IMG/VR virus record: IMGVR_UViG_3300025398_000635
Coordinates: 1 to 64,000 of that record
Source of the DNA: a virus
Taxonomy: Duplodnaviria > Caudoviricetes
Length of the DNA stretch: 64,000 nt
Reading direction: 5' to 3' (one strand)
Positions 9,102 through 19,854 of this stretch are shown piece after piece. A model generated the notes under the pieces. It was not told the DNA's origin, ran no database searches, and worked only from the letters and a program-made list of their open reading frames with translations. The position numbers and the translations under genes are program-made. The first letter of the stretch is position 1; the number at the start of each line of letters is the position of its first letter.

Positions 9102-9735
9102 AATACGTATCGAATCCGCGACCGGCCCTATTTGTTGTACCTCGTATAAAGAAATCAGCAGTTAAGCAAAAACGATTTTGTCCACTGTTGTTAACTTCGG
9201 CTTCGTGTTCTAAATGGCTAGGGAAGCAAACAGTCATATTGTTTTTAGGAGTTATTGAATAATCTTTGCAATTAATTAAATTTGTAGTATGATATTCAAC
9301 ATCTAGCATAGCAGGGAATAAATTTAAATAATGAGTATTCTTCTTAAAAATAAGATTACCACAGTTTTCGTATGTATCTAAGTAAGTAGTTAATACAAAC
9401 ACACAATTATTATGTATATGGGGTCTATTATATTGACCAGGTTTATGTCTTGTAATCCAACTATGCTTAATGCTAATACTTAAAGACAAATCTACACATA
9501 ATATGTCTCTCCAGTACGTGTTTGCAATGTTAATTGTATTTGCTTTTAGCTGTGCCAATTCTTGACAATCGGTTAATACTTGAAATGATTTTGAAATATC
9601 AAGATAGTGGTTTTCTTTACTATGCCATGGCATATATTCTAATTTGTTTTTTATAAAATCCATAGTGTCTACGGGTAATTCGGGTGATTCGAATATGGAT
9701 ATAGGAACTGGAAATAAATTAATAGTAGTTGACAT
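9094..9735 (-). CDS. Putative 2OG-Fe(II) oxygenase (TIGR02466-like)
   Basis: HIH, FPSHLEH, NRFCLTADF. Confidence 0.7.
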   Translation of the reverse strand: MSTTINLFPVPISIFESPELPVDTMDFIKNKLEYMPWHSKENHYLDISKSFQVLTDCQELAQLKANTINIANTYWRDILCVDLSLSISIKHSWITRHKPGQYNRPHIHNNCVFVLTTYLDTYENCGNLIFKKNTHYLNLFPAMLDVEYHTTNLINCKDYSITPKNNMTVCFPSHLEHEAEVNNSGQNRFCLTADFFIRGTTNRAGRGFDTYFN

Positions 9736-9771
9736 AAGAATATTTATGCCACTATAATCCTTAAATAAATA
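9729..9771. promoter_or_regulatory. Compact divergent promoter region
   Basis: Plus-strand TTGACA-18-TATAAT (9729-9758) and ATAAATA (9765-9771); minus-strand ATAAATA (9741-9747). Confidence 0.6.
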
Positions 9772-9778
9772 TGATGAT

Positions 9779-10870
9779 ATGTATAAATTTAAAGAAATAG
9801 GCGCCCTTCACGTTGAACTTAGTTCAAATTGTCAAGCCAGTTGTCCTATGTGCGCTAGAAATCATCACGGCGGCAAAGATAATCCCTTGCTCAAAGTTAA
9901 AGATATTGATCTTAGATTCTTTATTAGAATGATTCCTAGCAGGCTTGTAGAACAATTACACACTATAACAATGTGTGGAAACTTCGGTGATCCATTGCTT
10001 AATAATGACTTACTTAATATTGTCAAATATATTACTATGAACAATCCTAATATTAGGATTGATATACATACTAACGGAAGCCTACGTTCGACTAAGTGGT
10101 GGGCAGAATTAGCCGCAGCATTACCCGACAATCATCTTGTACAATTTGGTATTGATGGATTGGAAGATACTCACGCACTGTATCGTGTGGGGACGGACTT
10201 TAATAAAATCATTGACAATGCTAAAACATTTATTAATGCTGGCGGCAAAGCTCGCTGGAACTTTATTACATTTAGACACAACGAACATCAATTGGAAACC
10301 GCCCGACAGATGGCTAAGGATTTAGGATTTGATAGCTTCTATGAAAAGCAAACTAGCCGCTTTATAGGTAACCCTTGGTTTGATGCTTACGATAAAAATG
10401 GGAATGTAACCCATCGATTAGAAAATCCAACGGAACAAAAATTAGTGTTTGTAGATAAAAAGACTGTAGAAAACTATAGAGAATTAGTTGCTAGTGCAAC
10501 AATTAAATGTGAAGTTGAAGAACTTAATAGTGTATATATAGATGCACTAGGATACCTATGGCCTTGTTGCTTTGTTGGAGCCACTCCATATATACATACA
10601 ACAGAACAACAACTTGTTCATGATTTTCAAACAGATAGTAAATCAAGCCTTAATAGACTGCTAGAAAAATTTAAAGGTATTGAACAATTAAATTTACGTA
10701 AGAGGTCTGTTCAGGAAATAGTAGATAGTCCTGAATGGCAAAGTCAGTGGGACGAATCCTTTGAAGGTGATAAACTACATGTCTGTGTAAGAACTTGTGG
10801 TAAGTTTCCCGATGCTGTTATTAGTCAATGCCGCGATCAATTTGTAGACCTGGACACATTTAATGAATAA
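9779..10870 (+). CDS. Radical SAM/SPASM-type protein (paralog of 7986)
   Basis: CQASCPMC, CGNFGDP, TNGS, IDG. Confidence 0.85.
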   Translation: MYKFKEIGALHVELSSNCQASCPMCARNHHGGKDNPLLKVKDIDLRFFIRMIPSRLVEQLHTITMCGNFGDPLLNNDLLNIVKYITMNNPNIRIDIHTNGSLRSTKWWAELAAALPDNHLVQFGIDGLEDTHALYRVGTDFNKIIDNAKTFINAGGKARWNFITFRHNEHQLETARQMAKDLGFDSFYEKQTSRFIGNPWFDAYDKNGNVTHRLENPTEQKLVFVDKKTVENYRELVASATIKCEVEELNSVYIDALGYLWPCCFVGATPYIHTTEQQLVHDFQTDSKSSLNRLLEKFKGIEQLNLRKRSVQEIVDSPEWQSQWDESFEGDKLHVCVRTCGKFPDAVISQCRDQFVDLDTFNE

Positions 10871-12281
10871 GGTATTTTGGCTACAGCCCGAAACAACCCA
10901 ACTAGGTGATTGGCAAAAACAAATTACCGAGCTAACCGGAAGTCCTAGCTTTTGTGTCCTACCGTGGATACATCTGGCCACCCGCCCTAATGGTGATATG
11001 CGTATATGCTGCGTGGCAAATGCGTCAGGTGCCGATAGTGGTGAGTACGATGTGGGGCTTGTTAAAAAGGAAGATGGTACTCCTGCTAATTTTGGGCGTG
11101 ATTTGCCCACTGAGGCATTTAATAACAACTATATGCGATCGGTGCGTAAAACAATGTTAGCTGGTGAAGTGCCAGCTAGCTGTTTAAAATGCTATCAAGA
11201 AGAACAACAAGGTGTTGCCAGTAAGCGTATCTGGGAAACAGGCACCTGGCATTTACAAGAAAAAATCGATATTAAAGAATTAATTGCAGAAACGCAAGCA
11301 GACGGTTCTGTACCTTATAAGTTACAGTATTTAGATCTTCGCTTGGGAAATACTTGCAATCTCAAATGTATTATGTGTAGTCCACACGATAGTAGTTTAT
11401 GGACTCCCGAACATAAAAAAGTATATCCGCTCTTTCAAAGTCCGTTAATTAAAAAACAAATGGGCTGGGATAAAAAAATGCACAACAACAGCTGGCATGA
11501 AAATCCCGAGTTCTGGGAAGAAGTCTATGATCAAATTCCCAACATTAAACAGTTGTATTTTGCAGGTGGTGAACCGTTGCTCATAAAAGAACATAAGGTA
11601 TTTCTTTTAGAAATTATCAAACGTGGTTATGCTAGCCAAATTAGTTTACGGTATAATACTAACGGTATACTAGTCAATGATGAAATAATTGATATATGGA
11701 GCCAATTCCGTAAAGTAAAAGTAGGTGTTAGTTTAGACGGTATAGGACCGCGCGGTGAGTATATACGCTATCCCTTAGATTGGAAGACAGTAGAAGAAAA
11801 TTTAATTAAGTTAGATAATGCTCCAGACAACATACAGACTAACATTGCCATGGCTGTACAGATACTAAACATTATGCACGTTCCGGATTTTATTAAATGG
11901 AAAGTGCGTATGAATTTTAAGAAAGTTAACTTTGATAAGAATGCCGCGGGACATGTAATGGGTGGAGGTTTAGTAGGTGTACACTTGCTATGGATTCCTA
12001 CTTGGTTAAGTTTACGTGTATTACCTAAAGAAGATAAGGCAGAAGTACGTGAACTATTTTCTGAACTACAGCAATGGTTATGGGACAACTATACACAAGA
12101 TGCAGAGTTCTGGGAAGTTAATCCCTATGGATGGCGTCGCTGGGAAGGTATACTAGACTGGATGGACGCAGAAGATCATACTAATTTACTACCAGATTTC
12201 CGTGAGTACATTAATACAATGGATGCACAACGTAAAACTGATTTTAAAATTACATTCCCCGAGTTGACACATTTACTATGA
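10863..12281 (+). CDS. Twitch-domain radical SAM protein
   Basis: N-terminal CVLPW..CC..C..C; CNLKCIMC; FAGGEP; YNTNG. Confidence 0.85.
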   Translation: MNKVFWLQPETTQLGDWQKQITELTGSPSFCVLPWIHLATRPNGDMRICCVANASGADSGEYDVGLVKKEDGTPANFGRDLPTEAFNNNYMRSVRKTMLAGEVPASCLKCYQEEQQGVASKRIWETGTWHLQEKIDIKELIAETQADGSVPYKLQYLDLRLGNTCNLKCIMCSPHDSSLWTPEHKKVYPLFQSPLIKKQMGWDKKMHNNSWHENPEFWEEVYDQIPNIKQLYFAGGEPLLIKEHKVFLLEIIKRGYASQISLRYNTNGILVNDEIIDIWSQFRKVKVGVSLDGIGPRGEYIRYPLDWKTVEENLIKLDNAPDNIQTNIAMAVQILNIMHVPDFIKWKVRMNFKKVNFDKNAAGHVMGGGLVGVHLLWIPTWLSLRVLPKEDKAEVRELFSELQQWLWDNYTQDAEFWEVNPYGWRRWEGILDWMDAEDHTNLLPDFREYINTMDAQRKTDFKITFPELTHLL

Positions 12282-13363
12282 TTACTCGGATTGAATCAAC
12301 ACAACCCCGTAATAGATTAGAACTTCGATGGGCTTTGAACAACGTTTGTAATTTTAAATGTAGATATTGTTTTCCGGGTAGTAATGAAGGAAATTATCCA
12401 AGCCCAACAGATGTTGATTTATTAATTAAAAATTTTAATTACATGCTAGATTATTATAGCAAATATGCCGGTAAAGAAGTATTTGATTTAAAAATACTAG
12501 GCGGCGAGCCTACTATGTATAAAGACCTTGATAAATTTATTAGAGGAATTAAAAAAGAACATAATGTATATGTTAGTGTTGTTTCAAATGGATCTCGAAC
12601 AATACGATGGTGGAAAGAAAACGGTATGTTAATTGATAATTTAATTTTAAGTTATCATCAACAATTTGCTGATTTAGATCATACTATTAATGTTGCTGAT
12701 ATTATTCATGCGTATGGTAAAAAAGTTACAGTTCATGTGTTAATGGATGATCAGCACTGGGATGAATGTGTTGCAAGTGTAAATTATATCAAAGCAAACA
12801 GCAAATATCGTTGGATGATTCAAACCAAAGAGTTAGTTTCTACTTCTCGAGTTAACATCTCGTATACAGATAAACAAAGAAACTTTTTTAAATATGAGCT
12901 TAAACGATTTCCTAGCATAATATGGATTTTAAAAAATCTTCATTTATTGTTTAAAGGACACGTTAAATTATTTGAAAGCAAATATACAGTTAATGGTAAG
13001 AAGCGCCGAGCTACTTCTCAATATTATATAACTACACAAGAAAATAATTTTAAGGGATGGGAATGTGCAATCGGAGTGGAGTCAGTCTATATAGATTTTG
13101 ACGGTGAGTTAAAAGGTAGTTGTGGTCAATTAATTTTTAATAATACAAGATATAATATCTTAGACAAGCAATTTATTAGTATTTTTAATCCGCAACTATC
13201 ACCTAGCATCTGCACTATTAATAGATGTGTATGCCCGCCAGAAACACATTTATCAAAGTCTAATCTTAGTCAACGGAATGTCGGCAGCACACGTACAATA
13301 ATTCCGATCACAGATAATCGGATCTACAGGAATAGTAAAGTTTCCCTGGTAGATATTACCTAA
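12278..13363 (+). CDS. Radical SAM protein
   Basis: CNFKCRYC, LGGEPT, SNGS; C-terminal C..C..C..C.C. Confidence 0.85.
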   Translation: MITRIESTQPRNRLELRWALNNVCNFKCRYCFPGSNEGNYPSPTDVDLLIKNFNYMLDYYSKYAGKEVFDLKILGGEPTMYKDLDKFIRGIKKEHNVYVSVVSNGSRTIRWWKENGMLIDNLILSYHQQFADLDHTINVADIIHAYGKKVTVHVLMDDQHWDECVASVNYIKANSKYRWMIQTKELVSTSRVNISYTDKQRNFFKYELKRFPSIIWILKNLHLLFKGHVKLFESKYTVNGKKRRATSQYYITTQENNFKGWECAIGVESVYIDFDGELKGSCGQLIFNNTRYNILDKQFISIFNPQLSPSICTINRCVCPPETHLSKSNLSQRNVGSTRTIIPITDNRIYRNSKVSLVDIT

Positions 13364-14152
13364 ACTACCGCCCACTCGGCAGGTAGCGCGATGTACATCA
13401 CCATCCCAATTAATCATTAGACTTTCTATCCCGGCGTTGCACGACCAACCCTTGTACTGATTGCGATGCAGTTTAATAACATCGTTGGCATGCTGTGTTA
13501 TTTGTCCAAACTTATCATCGAGCCAAATAATAACGTTAGGAGCAACTGTTGCTTCACTATCTTTAATCCAATTTAAATCATCTGGGTGATAGCGCATATC
13601 ATCGAACAAATCGTGATCTCCTTCGGTCCAGCGTATTCTGCGTATAGTGTATGGTACTTTTATAATATCGAGATAATCAGCTGAATCTTTAACATCCTTC
13701 ATGTGATCATGATGTGCCATTAACTGTAACACTAACGATTTGCTACTATCTTTCAAGCTAGTGGCAGTATGTAAAACTCTCTTAAAATCATATTCAAAGT
13801 GTATACTGAATACATATTGATCAACTCGTTGTCGTTGATACCATTCAGGTGTGCGTGTACCATTTGTAGTCACGCTGATCCAACTGATACCGACATGTTT
13901 AGCATAGTTGATTAATTCTTCAAAGTTTGGATGTACTGTAGGTTCCCCACCTGTGAAACTTAGTCGTACAGGTTTGCCTATCTTTACTAATTGATCTACG
14001 GTATTCTTTAATATTTCTATATCAGTATGTTTACTATTATTATCATGTATACTGCTAGGACAATAACTACAATCGTAGTTACAACGCTTGCCGAGATTCC
14101 ACTCGACTTTAACACTATTTTGATGGGGCCAGCGGCTAGTAACTTTAAACAT
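13253..14152 (-). CDS. Radical SAM protein
   Basis: CNYDCSYC, TGGEPT, TNGT; C-terminal CNAG..C..C..CTC. Confidence 0.85.
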   Translation of the reverse strand: MFKVTSRWPHQNSVKVEWNLGKRCNYDCSYCPSSIHDNNSKHTDIEILKNTVDQLVKIGKPVRLSFTGGEPTVHPNFEELINYAKHVGISWISVTTNGTRTPEWYQRQRVDQYVFSIHFEYDFKRVLHTATSLKDSSKSLVLQLMAHHDHMKDVKDSADYLDIIKVPYTIRRIRWTEGDHDLFDDMRYHPDDLNWIKDSEATVAPNVIIWLDDKFGQITQHANDVIKLHRNQYKGWSCNAGIESLMINWDGDVHRATCRVGGSLGNIYQGNFTIPVDPIICDRNYCTCAADIPLTKIRL

Positions 14153-15410
14153 AGTCTTTGAATTCTTGTACTACATCAGTAAATGTTCGGCTGTTTCTAG
14201 TTTTATCTAACCGCCGATTAAACTCTACGCAATCTTCCCATAAATCACTAAGATCCTTAGCATTAAGAAAATTAATGTTATCTTGAATTTGTCCTAGTGT
14301 GTATTCTAATAGTTCAGGTCGTTCTTTAACTAGTTTGAAATTGGCCACTCGATCTTTAACTGCTTCCAGACGCATGATAGCTAACGATTTTAAGGGAGCA
14401 GGTAATACTTGCGCCGATAATAGATTAGGATAACTTACACGATGGGTGTGAAATATAATACCTAACTTGTCTAAAAACTCTTCTATAATCTTGTCTAATA
14501 TTAGTACGTTACTTACCTGAACAGTACAGGCACCTACTATACGACTAATGTTTGGTATAGATTGTATTTGCCGAATGTTAGTAACCACTTCCTTCCAGCT
14601 GGCATTTGATCTTATGTATTCATATACATCACCTATACCATCTATACTTACATTGACCGCTACACTTTTGAACTTGGGCCAGTATTGCCAAACAGTTCTG
14701 TTACTCTTGCCTAGCATACTTAAATTAGTAGCGTACTTTATTTCAATTTGATCACCGTACGGAGCAAGCATATCTAATATACGATAGTGCTGTGGATCCA
14801 TTAAGGGCTCCCCACCGGCAAATTCTACACGACGGAAGTGAGGTAATAGTTTTTCTAGACTAGCCCACCACGCTGGACTATCTTGGAATTTATCTAGATG
14901 GGGTTTACTTTCTAAATTATTTTCTTCTACAATAGCATACATTATATTGCTTTCTTTCTTGTAGAACTCTTTAACTTCATTCCAGTCTGTCCAACTAGTG
15001 CTATCCATAGGATGACACATACGGCAAGCAAGATTGCATAAGTTGTTTAATTTAAGTTCCATGGTAGGAATCTCAAACGGCATTGTAAAATCGTCTTGTA
15101 AACTGTTGAGTGCATCAGGATATAAATTAATCCTAGCTTCTGGTATCTTACCTGCTATATGACGCTGACGTAAACTTTCAACACCTTGATCTTCTAAACT
15201 AAAACATGGTTCACACTCGGGCGGACGTTCATCGTTGAGCACCTGCTGGCGAATACGTTTGATTGTATTGTTATTCCAAATTTCTTCTAACGATTGTTTA
15301 TCTATAAATCCAATAGGATGGCTGCGACAGCAGGCGCAGATAGCCCCATCTTCTCTTGTGGCTAATCCTGTAAAAGGATGCATACAGAATGTTTTACTGT
15401 TTGGCAACAT
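14145..15410 (-). CDS. Twitch-domain radical SAM protein (paralog of 10863)
   Basis: CMHPF..CCR..C..C; CNLACRMC; FAGGEP. Confidence 0.85.
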   Translation of the reverse strand: MLPNSKTFCMHPFTGLATREDGAICACCRSHPIGFIDKQSLEEIWNNNTIKRIRQQVLNDERPPECEPCFSLEDQGVESLRQRHIAGKIPEARINLYPDALNSLQDDFTMPFEIPTMELKLNNLCNLACRMCHPMDSTSWTDWNEVKEFYKKESNIMYAIVEENNLESKPHLDKFQDSPAWWASLEKLLPHFRRVEFAGGEPLMDPQHYRILDMLAPYGDQIEIKYATNLSMLGKSNRTVWQYWPKFKSVAVNVSIDGIGDVYEYIRSNASWKEVVTNIRQIQSIPNISRIVGACTVQVSNVLILDKIIEEFLDKLGIIFHTHRVSYPNLLSAQVLPAPLKSLAIMRLEAVKDRVANFKLVKERPELLEYTLGQIQDNINFLNAKDLSDLWEDCVEFNRRLDKTRNSRTFTDVVQEFKDYV

Positions 15411-16248
15411 ATCTTATTAGAGGACTTAGTCCCACTGGTTGGTTATCTTTAAGAGCAAGGTAAATGCTCTTAGTTGGTGTTAGATCAAAGTCCTTGCATA
15501 TCTTATAGTAAGTATCGCCGTAAGTATTCCACAAATAGTCTGGTAGAAGATTACGTAAGAAGTGTAAGCCAATCATCGCAGGTGCACGGAGATTCATATT
15601 AAAGTCATTCATAATAGTAACAGCATCTGGATCCTGACTTTTAGTCCAACGCAATCCTACACGATTCCAACCTAGACCCAAACCTTTACTGAGGCTGATA
15701 CCAACGCTACGAACAGCAGGATGCCCGACATCGAAAACAATATCCCTACAACAAGTAATCCAAGCGCCATCAATATGGACCGGAATTTCTTTATCCAAAC
15801 ATTCATCTAATATCTCCGTCATTTGATCATAGACTGCTCCTGTACCGGGAAAGGGCATGGCAATAATTAACGGTAAGTCTCGACGTAAGTATCCCGGTAT
15901 ACTGTAAACTAAATTAGGATTTAGTCTAGCGTGATATCTATAATCGCCCTTTAGAGTCTGCACAGGCCCTTGCATATAGATAGCATCGATAAATTGTGTA
16001 CAACCATTTATAATATCAACACGGTCAAATTTATCAAACCCAGTGATATTATTAAGTTTACTGGCAAATAACCATGCCGTCATTTCTTTTTTAAAATTGA
16101 TATAGACTTGATCAGTAATGTCTTTATCCAGGACTCCGTTTAATACATCTTGTTGCAGTTGCTCAATCCTAAGATCAGATAATGGTTGAGGACGATCTAT
16201 CTCTAGCCATTTGGAATCATATGAAGGAGCAACACGTTGTGGTTTCAT
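15394..16248 (-). CDS. PLP-dependent (fold type I) enzyme-like protein
   Basis: VHIDGAW (D-x-A) and SLSKGLG (Schiff-base Lys). Confidence 0.6.
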   Translation of the reverse strand: MKPQRVAPSYDSKWLEIDRPQPLSDLRIEQLQQDVLNGVLDKDITDQVYINFKKEMTAWLFASKLNNITGFDKFDRVDIINGCTQFIDAIYMQGPVQTLKGDYRYHARLNPNLVYSIPGYLRRDLPLIIAMPFPGTGAVYDQMTEILDECLDKEIPVHIDGAWITCCRDIVFDVGHPAVRSVGISLSKGLGLGWNRVGLRWTKSQDPDAVTIMNDFNMNLRAPAMIGLHFLRNLLPDYLWNTYGDTYYKICKDFDLTPTKSIYLALKDNQPVGLSPLIRYVAKQ

Positions 16249-16275
16249 GAATTATTTACACTATAATACTAGCAC

Positions 16276-16282
16276 ATAAATA
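16276..16282 (+). promoter_or_regulatory. T4-type late promoter (ATAAATA), back-to-back with minus-strand TAAATA at 16253-16258
   Basis: 4 nt upstream of ATG 16287; no SD. Confidence 0.55.
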
Positions 16283-16286
16283 TTTC

Positions 16287-16958
16287 ATGCTAGAGCTCAC
16301 TGATTATACTATATCTAACGAATTATTACAAGAGGCAATTAGTCTATTGCCCAAAATAGATGCACGGTTAGCTCTTAATCAACCTAGTGCTAGATTCTTT
16401 AAAGATCCCTGGAAAATAAAACCAGAGTTTAAAAACACAGTTTGGGAACAGATTCTAGATAGTATTGCTTGCGATAAAGGAGAAGCCAGACTAATTAAAC
16501 TATCTCCGGGTGAGGCATATCCTAGTCATGCTGATATGGATGATCGATGGCATTTGTCTATTTGCGGTAATCATTCATATCTAATAGATTTAGAAAATAA
16601 TCAAATGTTTCAAACTAAAGTAGACGGCTGTTGGTATAGTATGGACGCCGGAGTAAGACACACTGCTGCTAATTTTGGCAGCGAAGATAGATTGCAGTTA
16701 GTGGTCAGGAAGTTACTACCGACTAATATTCTTAAAGATCCGATTGATGTACATATTACGCTGAAAAATATCGTAGCAGATCGTAGATTTTTATTTGATG
16801 ATATTATTAGCCCGTGGTTGAATAGAGCGTTCAAACGTGGTATTGTTAGTGACTTTGATGGTCAAGATCTAATTGCAAAACTTACCATAGAAGTAGACTG
16901 CTTAGATGAGTTAGATGCGTTGACTAAAGATTATTTTATACTAACAATAGATGTATGA
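16287..16958 (+). CDS. Asp/Asn beta-hydroxylase-like 2OG-Fe(II) oxygenase
   Basis: SHAD, HTAAN, DRLQLVV. Confidence 0.7.
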   Translation: MLELTDYTISNELLQEAISLLPKIDARLALNQPSARFFKDPWKIKPEFKNTVWEQILDSIACDKGEARLIKLSPGEAYPSHADMDDRWHLSICGNHSYLIDLENNQMFQTKVDGCWYSMDAGVRHTAANFGSEDRLQLVVRKLLPTNILKDPIDVHITLKNIVADRRFLFDDIISPWLNRAFKRGIVSDFDGQDLIAKLTIEVDCLDELDALTKDYFILTIDV

Positions 16959-17647
16959 ATACAGATAATTGGAATCCCTTTTATAAAATCAATCCAGAAG
17001 ATAATAATCTGATTGAAACTAATTTAATATATACTCCTCTAGTAAGTCCTAGTGGTAATGTATTTTGTATGCATTTTGATCATACTAGCAAATACCAAAA
17101 TGAAGATCTAGCACACTGGTTACCTAATCGCCCGTACTATACTAAAGAGATGGTTAAATTTTTCTTCGATAGAGAAGTTGAGTATCTTACAGTATTCAAA
17201 GATAGAGTTTGGGCTCCAAGAAATATTTCAATAGACACAGAAGAACAAAAGATATTTTTCAGCTGGGTTGGAGAAACCTGTAATCAAATAGTATATACAG
17301 AGCGTAGTTTAGATGAAGAATGCCCCGATTGGAAAGAACAAATGTTTTCAATTTTAAAAGACATAGTTGATTCTGGATACTATAAAACTAGTCTATATCC
17401 GCATTGTTATTTTATTGATAACGGAGTATTGCGTACATTTGATTTTTATGGGTGTGTTAGAGCAAGAGATCCGTATGTCAAATTAGATCATATTCGAGGT
17501 ATGATCGGTGAAACGTCGGGACCTAGATTTGAAGCAGCGATAGAAGGTGATGTTCTTAATATTGAAATATTATTCAAACAGGCATTAGAATCATGGGTTA
17601 AGTGGCCAGACGATGTTTTACCAAAAATGTACAAACAGCTATTTTAA
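16955..17647 (+). CDS. Kinase-fold-like hypothetical protein (paralog of 23597)
   Basis: FFDREVEYL, WAP, KTSLYPHCYFID, FDFY resemble a degenerate kinase layout. Confidence 0.4.
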   Translation: MNTDNWNPFYKINPEDNNLIETNLIYTPLVSPSGNVFCMHFDHTSKYQNEDLAHWLPNRPYYTKEMVKFFFDREVEYLTVFKDRVWAPRNISIDTEEQKIFFSWVGETCNQIVYTERSLDEECPDWKEQMFSILKDIVDSGYYKTSLYPHCYFIDNGVLRTFDFYGCVRARDPYVKLDHIRGMIGETSGPRFEAAIEGDVLNIEILFKQALESWVKWPDDVLPKMYKQLF

Positions 17648-17676
17648 TAAAACTGTTATCAACCAAAAGATTATCA

Positions 17677-17684
17677 TATAAATA
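17677..17684 (+). promoter_or_regulatory. T4-type late promoter
   Basis: Perfect TATAAATA 4 nt upstream of ATG 17689. Confidence 0.7.
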
Positions 17685-17688
17685 TTTC

Positions 17689-18201
17689 ATGAATTGTTCA
17701 AATATTATAGATTGGAAACATGTAATTGATACCCTAAAGGATCCAGCAGTTCCTGCATATATCAAACCGGAAGAATGGTCCATGAAGAAAGATTATAATG
17801 AAATCCACAAGTTATGGATGGACGCTAATATGAATATTGCCGGCGTTCGAGTATTCAATTATGAACCATTCCAAATCGATGATAACGTTGTTCCTGCGAT
17901 GGAGAAGTTCTTAGGGTTGACTCATGTAGAATCTTGGATTAGTAGAATAGATCCTGGATGCATGGCCCCTTACCATTGGGACTTTGATAATCCTGCTATT
18001 GCAACACTGCCTCGAGAACCAAAAAGATATTCTGTACACATTAGCGAATTTTCATTTGGTCATGTTTTTATTGTAGATAATAGAATTTGTTATAATTTCC
18101 AAGTAGGTGATATAGTAGAATTTTCAAATTTTAGAGAGTGGCATGCTGGTGCCAACATGGGCCTTGTTCCGAAATACATGTATCACTTTATAGGATATTA
18201 A
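17689..18201 (+). CDS. AspH-like 2OG-Fe(II) oxygenase
   Basis: PYHWD, WHAGAN; start MNCSN chosen from the late promoter. Confidence 0.7.
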   Translation: MNCSNIIDWKHVIDTLKDPAVPAYIKPEEWSMKKDYNEIHKLWMDANMNIAGVRVFNYEPFQIDDNVVPAMEKFLGLTHVESWISRIDPGCMAPYHWDFDNPAIATLPREPKRYSVHISEFSFGHVFIVDNRICYNFQVGDIVEFSNFREWHAGANMGLVPKYMYHFIGY

Positions 18202-18753
18202 ATGAGTAAAGTTAAATTTGTAGGTAATTCTGCAGATATCATTGACTGGAACAAAGTTGTAGCAGAAGTTATCGATAAGCCGGGCAAGTTAGTCACAGCC
18301 GATAGATCCAAGTGGAAGATGGATTCTAATCCGGTCTACGGAGAACTGGTAGATCTATGGGAGCGAGCAAACTTTAACTTTGATTCTATCAAATGGATTA
18401 ACTACTACCCGGGACAAGACTTTGATAGCGAAGTTATAGTTAAACTAGAAAACTTATTAAAAGTTAAAACAATCAAAGTATGGCTGGCAAGAATAGATCC
18501 CGGATGGTGTACACCATGGCATTGGGATACTGATGATAATGAAGAAGAATGGAATAAACTAGGAAACACTCGTCGCTTTATGATATTCATTGATCCGCCT
18601 GCGGTGGGACATATACTTGCCATGGAAGAACAGTGTTTCTATAATGAAGCCATCGGCAACATGTATGAGTGGAGTGACTATAAACTATGGCATGCTGGAA
18701 CTAATGTAGGACTTACTCCTAAGTTTATATTACACTGGATGACTTACGATTAA
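18202..18753 (+). CDS. AspH-like 2OG-Fe(II) oxygenase (paralog)
   Basis: PWHWD, WHAGTN. Confidence 0.7.
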   Translation: MSKVKFVGNSADIIDWNKVVAEVIDKPGKLVTADRSKWKMDSNPVYGELVDLWERANFNFDSIKWINYYPGQDFDSEVIVKLENLLKVKTIKVWLARIDPGWCTPWHWDTDDNEEEWNKLGNTRRFMIFIDPPAVGHILAMEEQCFYNEAIGNMYEWSDYKLWHAGTNVGLTPKFILHWMTYD

Positions 18754-19325
18754 TCTAAATTATGATCAATGTAGAATTTAGGTTTATGATATGCATCATC
18801 GGTTTCATGAGTACTAAATTGAAAAGTCACTCTCGGTATCATGCTAAGATTAACTACTCCGTGTATTAGATCGGCCTGATCCCAAGTCCATAAATCACCA
18901 GCTTTATAATTAGTCATCATCTGGCCCCCTTCTGATACAAATACATGGCCTGGATGATAATCCATCATTGCCATCCAGTATCGTTTAGCAGTTTGATAAA
19001 TCTTTGTATGTGGGTCGTAATGCATACAAGCAACTGAGCCTGGCAGGAATTTAATGAACCACCAATCCCAAGTTTTATTCCCTAAATCAATAGGTGGTGT
19101 TATTACAAAGTCCTTAATATCTTCAGTATACTGATTATACATATTTGAGTAAAAGTTACGTTTATCGTAACCTGCTGCACAAAAAGTTTTATACCACGCT
19201 TCGTGTTCGGGGTGACCCTTCCATGTCAGTGGTTGATTTAACAGCGTCGGATCACCTTGAGTTTCTACTATTCTTTCTAGTAGCTCTGGCTGAATCCAAT
19301 CTTTAAAATTACCTAGATATTTCAT
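18750..19325 (-). CDS. AspH-like 2OG-Fe(II) oxygenase (paralog)
   Basis: MHYD, HGVVN, PRVTFQ. Confidence 0.7.
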   Translation of the reverse strand: MKYLGNFKDWIQPELLERIVETQGDPTLLNQPLTWKGHPEHEAWYKTFCAAGYDKRNFYSNMYNQYTEDIKDFVITPPIDLGNKTWDWWFIKFLPGSVACMHYDPHTKIYQTAKRYWMAMMDYHPGHVFVSEGGQMMTNYKAGDLWTWDQADLIHGVVNLSMIPRVTFQFSTHETDDAYHKPKFYIDHNLD

Positions 19326-19854
19326 TATAAAAACTCATCTGCAGACTAATTCGGGGATTCATACTGATATTTGCAGCACCGTGCAAACACATAGCATCAG
19401 GCCATAAAAACAAATCGCCAGCCTTATAATTATTTAATAACACATCATCGTAGACAAATATGTGTCCATCTTCAAAATCTGTTAGCATCATAGTATAACG
19501 CTGACAATCTTGTGTATCTATAACATGCGGATCAAAATGCATAGGCTGCATATCCCCACCCATGTATTTAACTATCCACCAATGATGTACTGGTGGCAAG
19601 TCAGGTAGATTAAATTTAAAATCAATTTGATCTAAAAACGGTTTTATACATTCTGTATTTTCAGTGTACTGATGAAAATGATAATCTAGTTTAGGATAGC
19701 CGGCATTTTCTAAAGCAATACGGGCAGCGTCCCATTCTGGTTTACCCGACCATTTTTCAGGCTGATATACCGGAGTAATTTCACCATCATTGTTTAATAC
19801 AGCATCAATTAATCCTGCTGGAATTTGATCTATGTAATTTCCGATATATTTCAT
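19309..19854 (-). CDS. AspH-like 2OG-Fe(II) oxygenase (paralog)
   Basis: MHFD, HGAAN, PRISLQ. Confidence 0.7.
   Translation of the reverse strand: MKYIGNYIDQIPAGLIDAVLNNDGEITPVYQPEKWSGKPEWDAARIALENAGYPKLDYHFHQYTENTECIKPFLDQIDFKFNLPDLPPVHHWWIVKYMGGDMQPMHFDPHVIDTQDCQRYTMMLTDFEDGHIFVYDDVLLNNYKAGDLFLWPDAMCLHGAANISMNPRISLQMSFYNEISR

Noticed and set aside
13253-13363. 111-nt antisense overlap of two rSAM genes as dual coding
   Set aside because: The plus-strand tail extends past its last Cys motif and looks like a read-on extension
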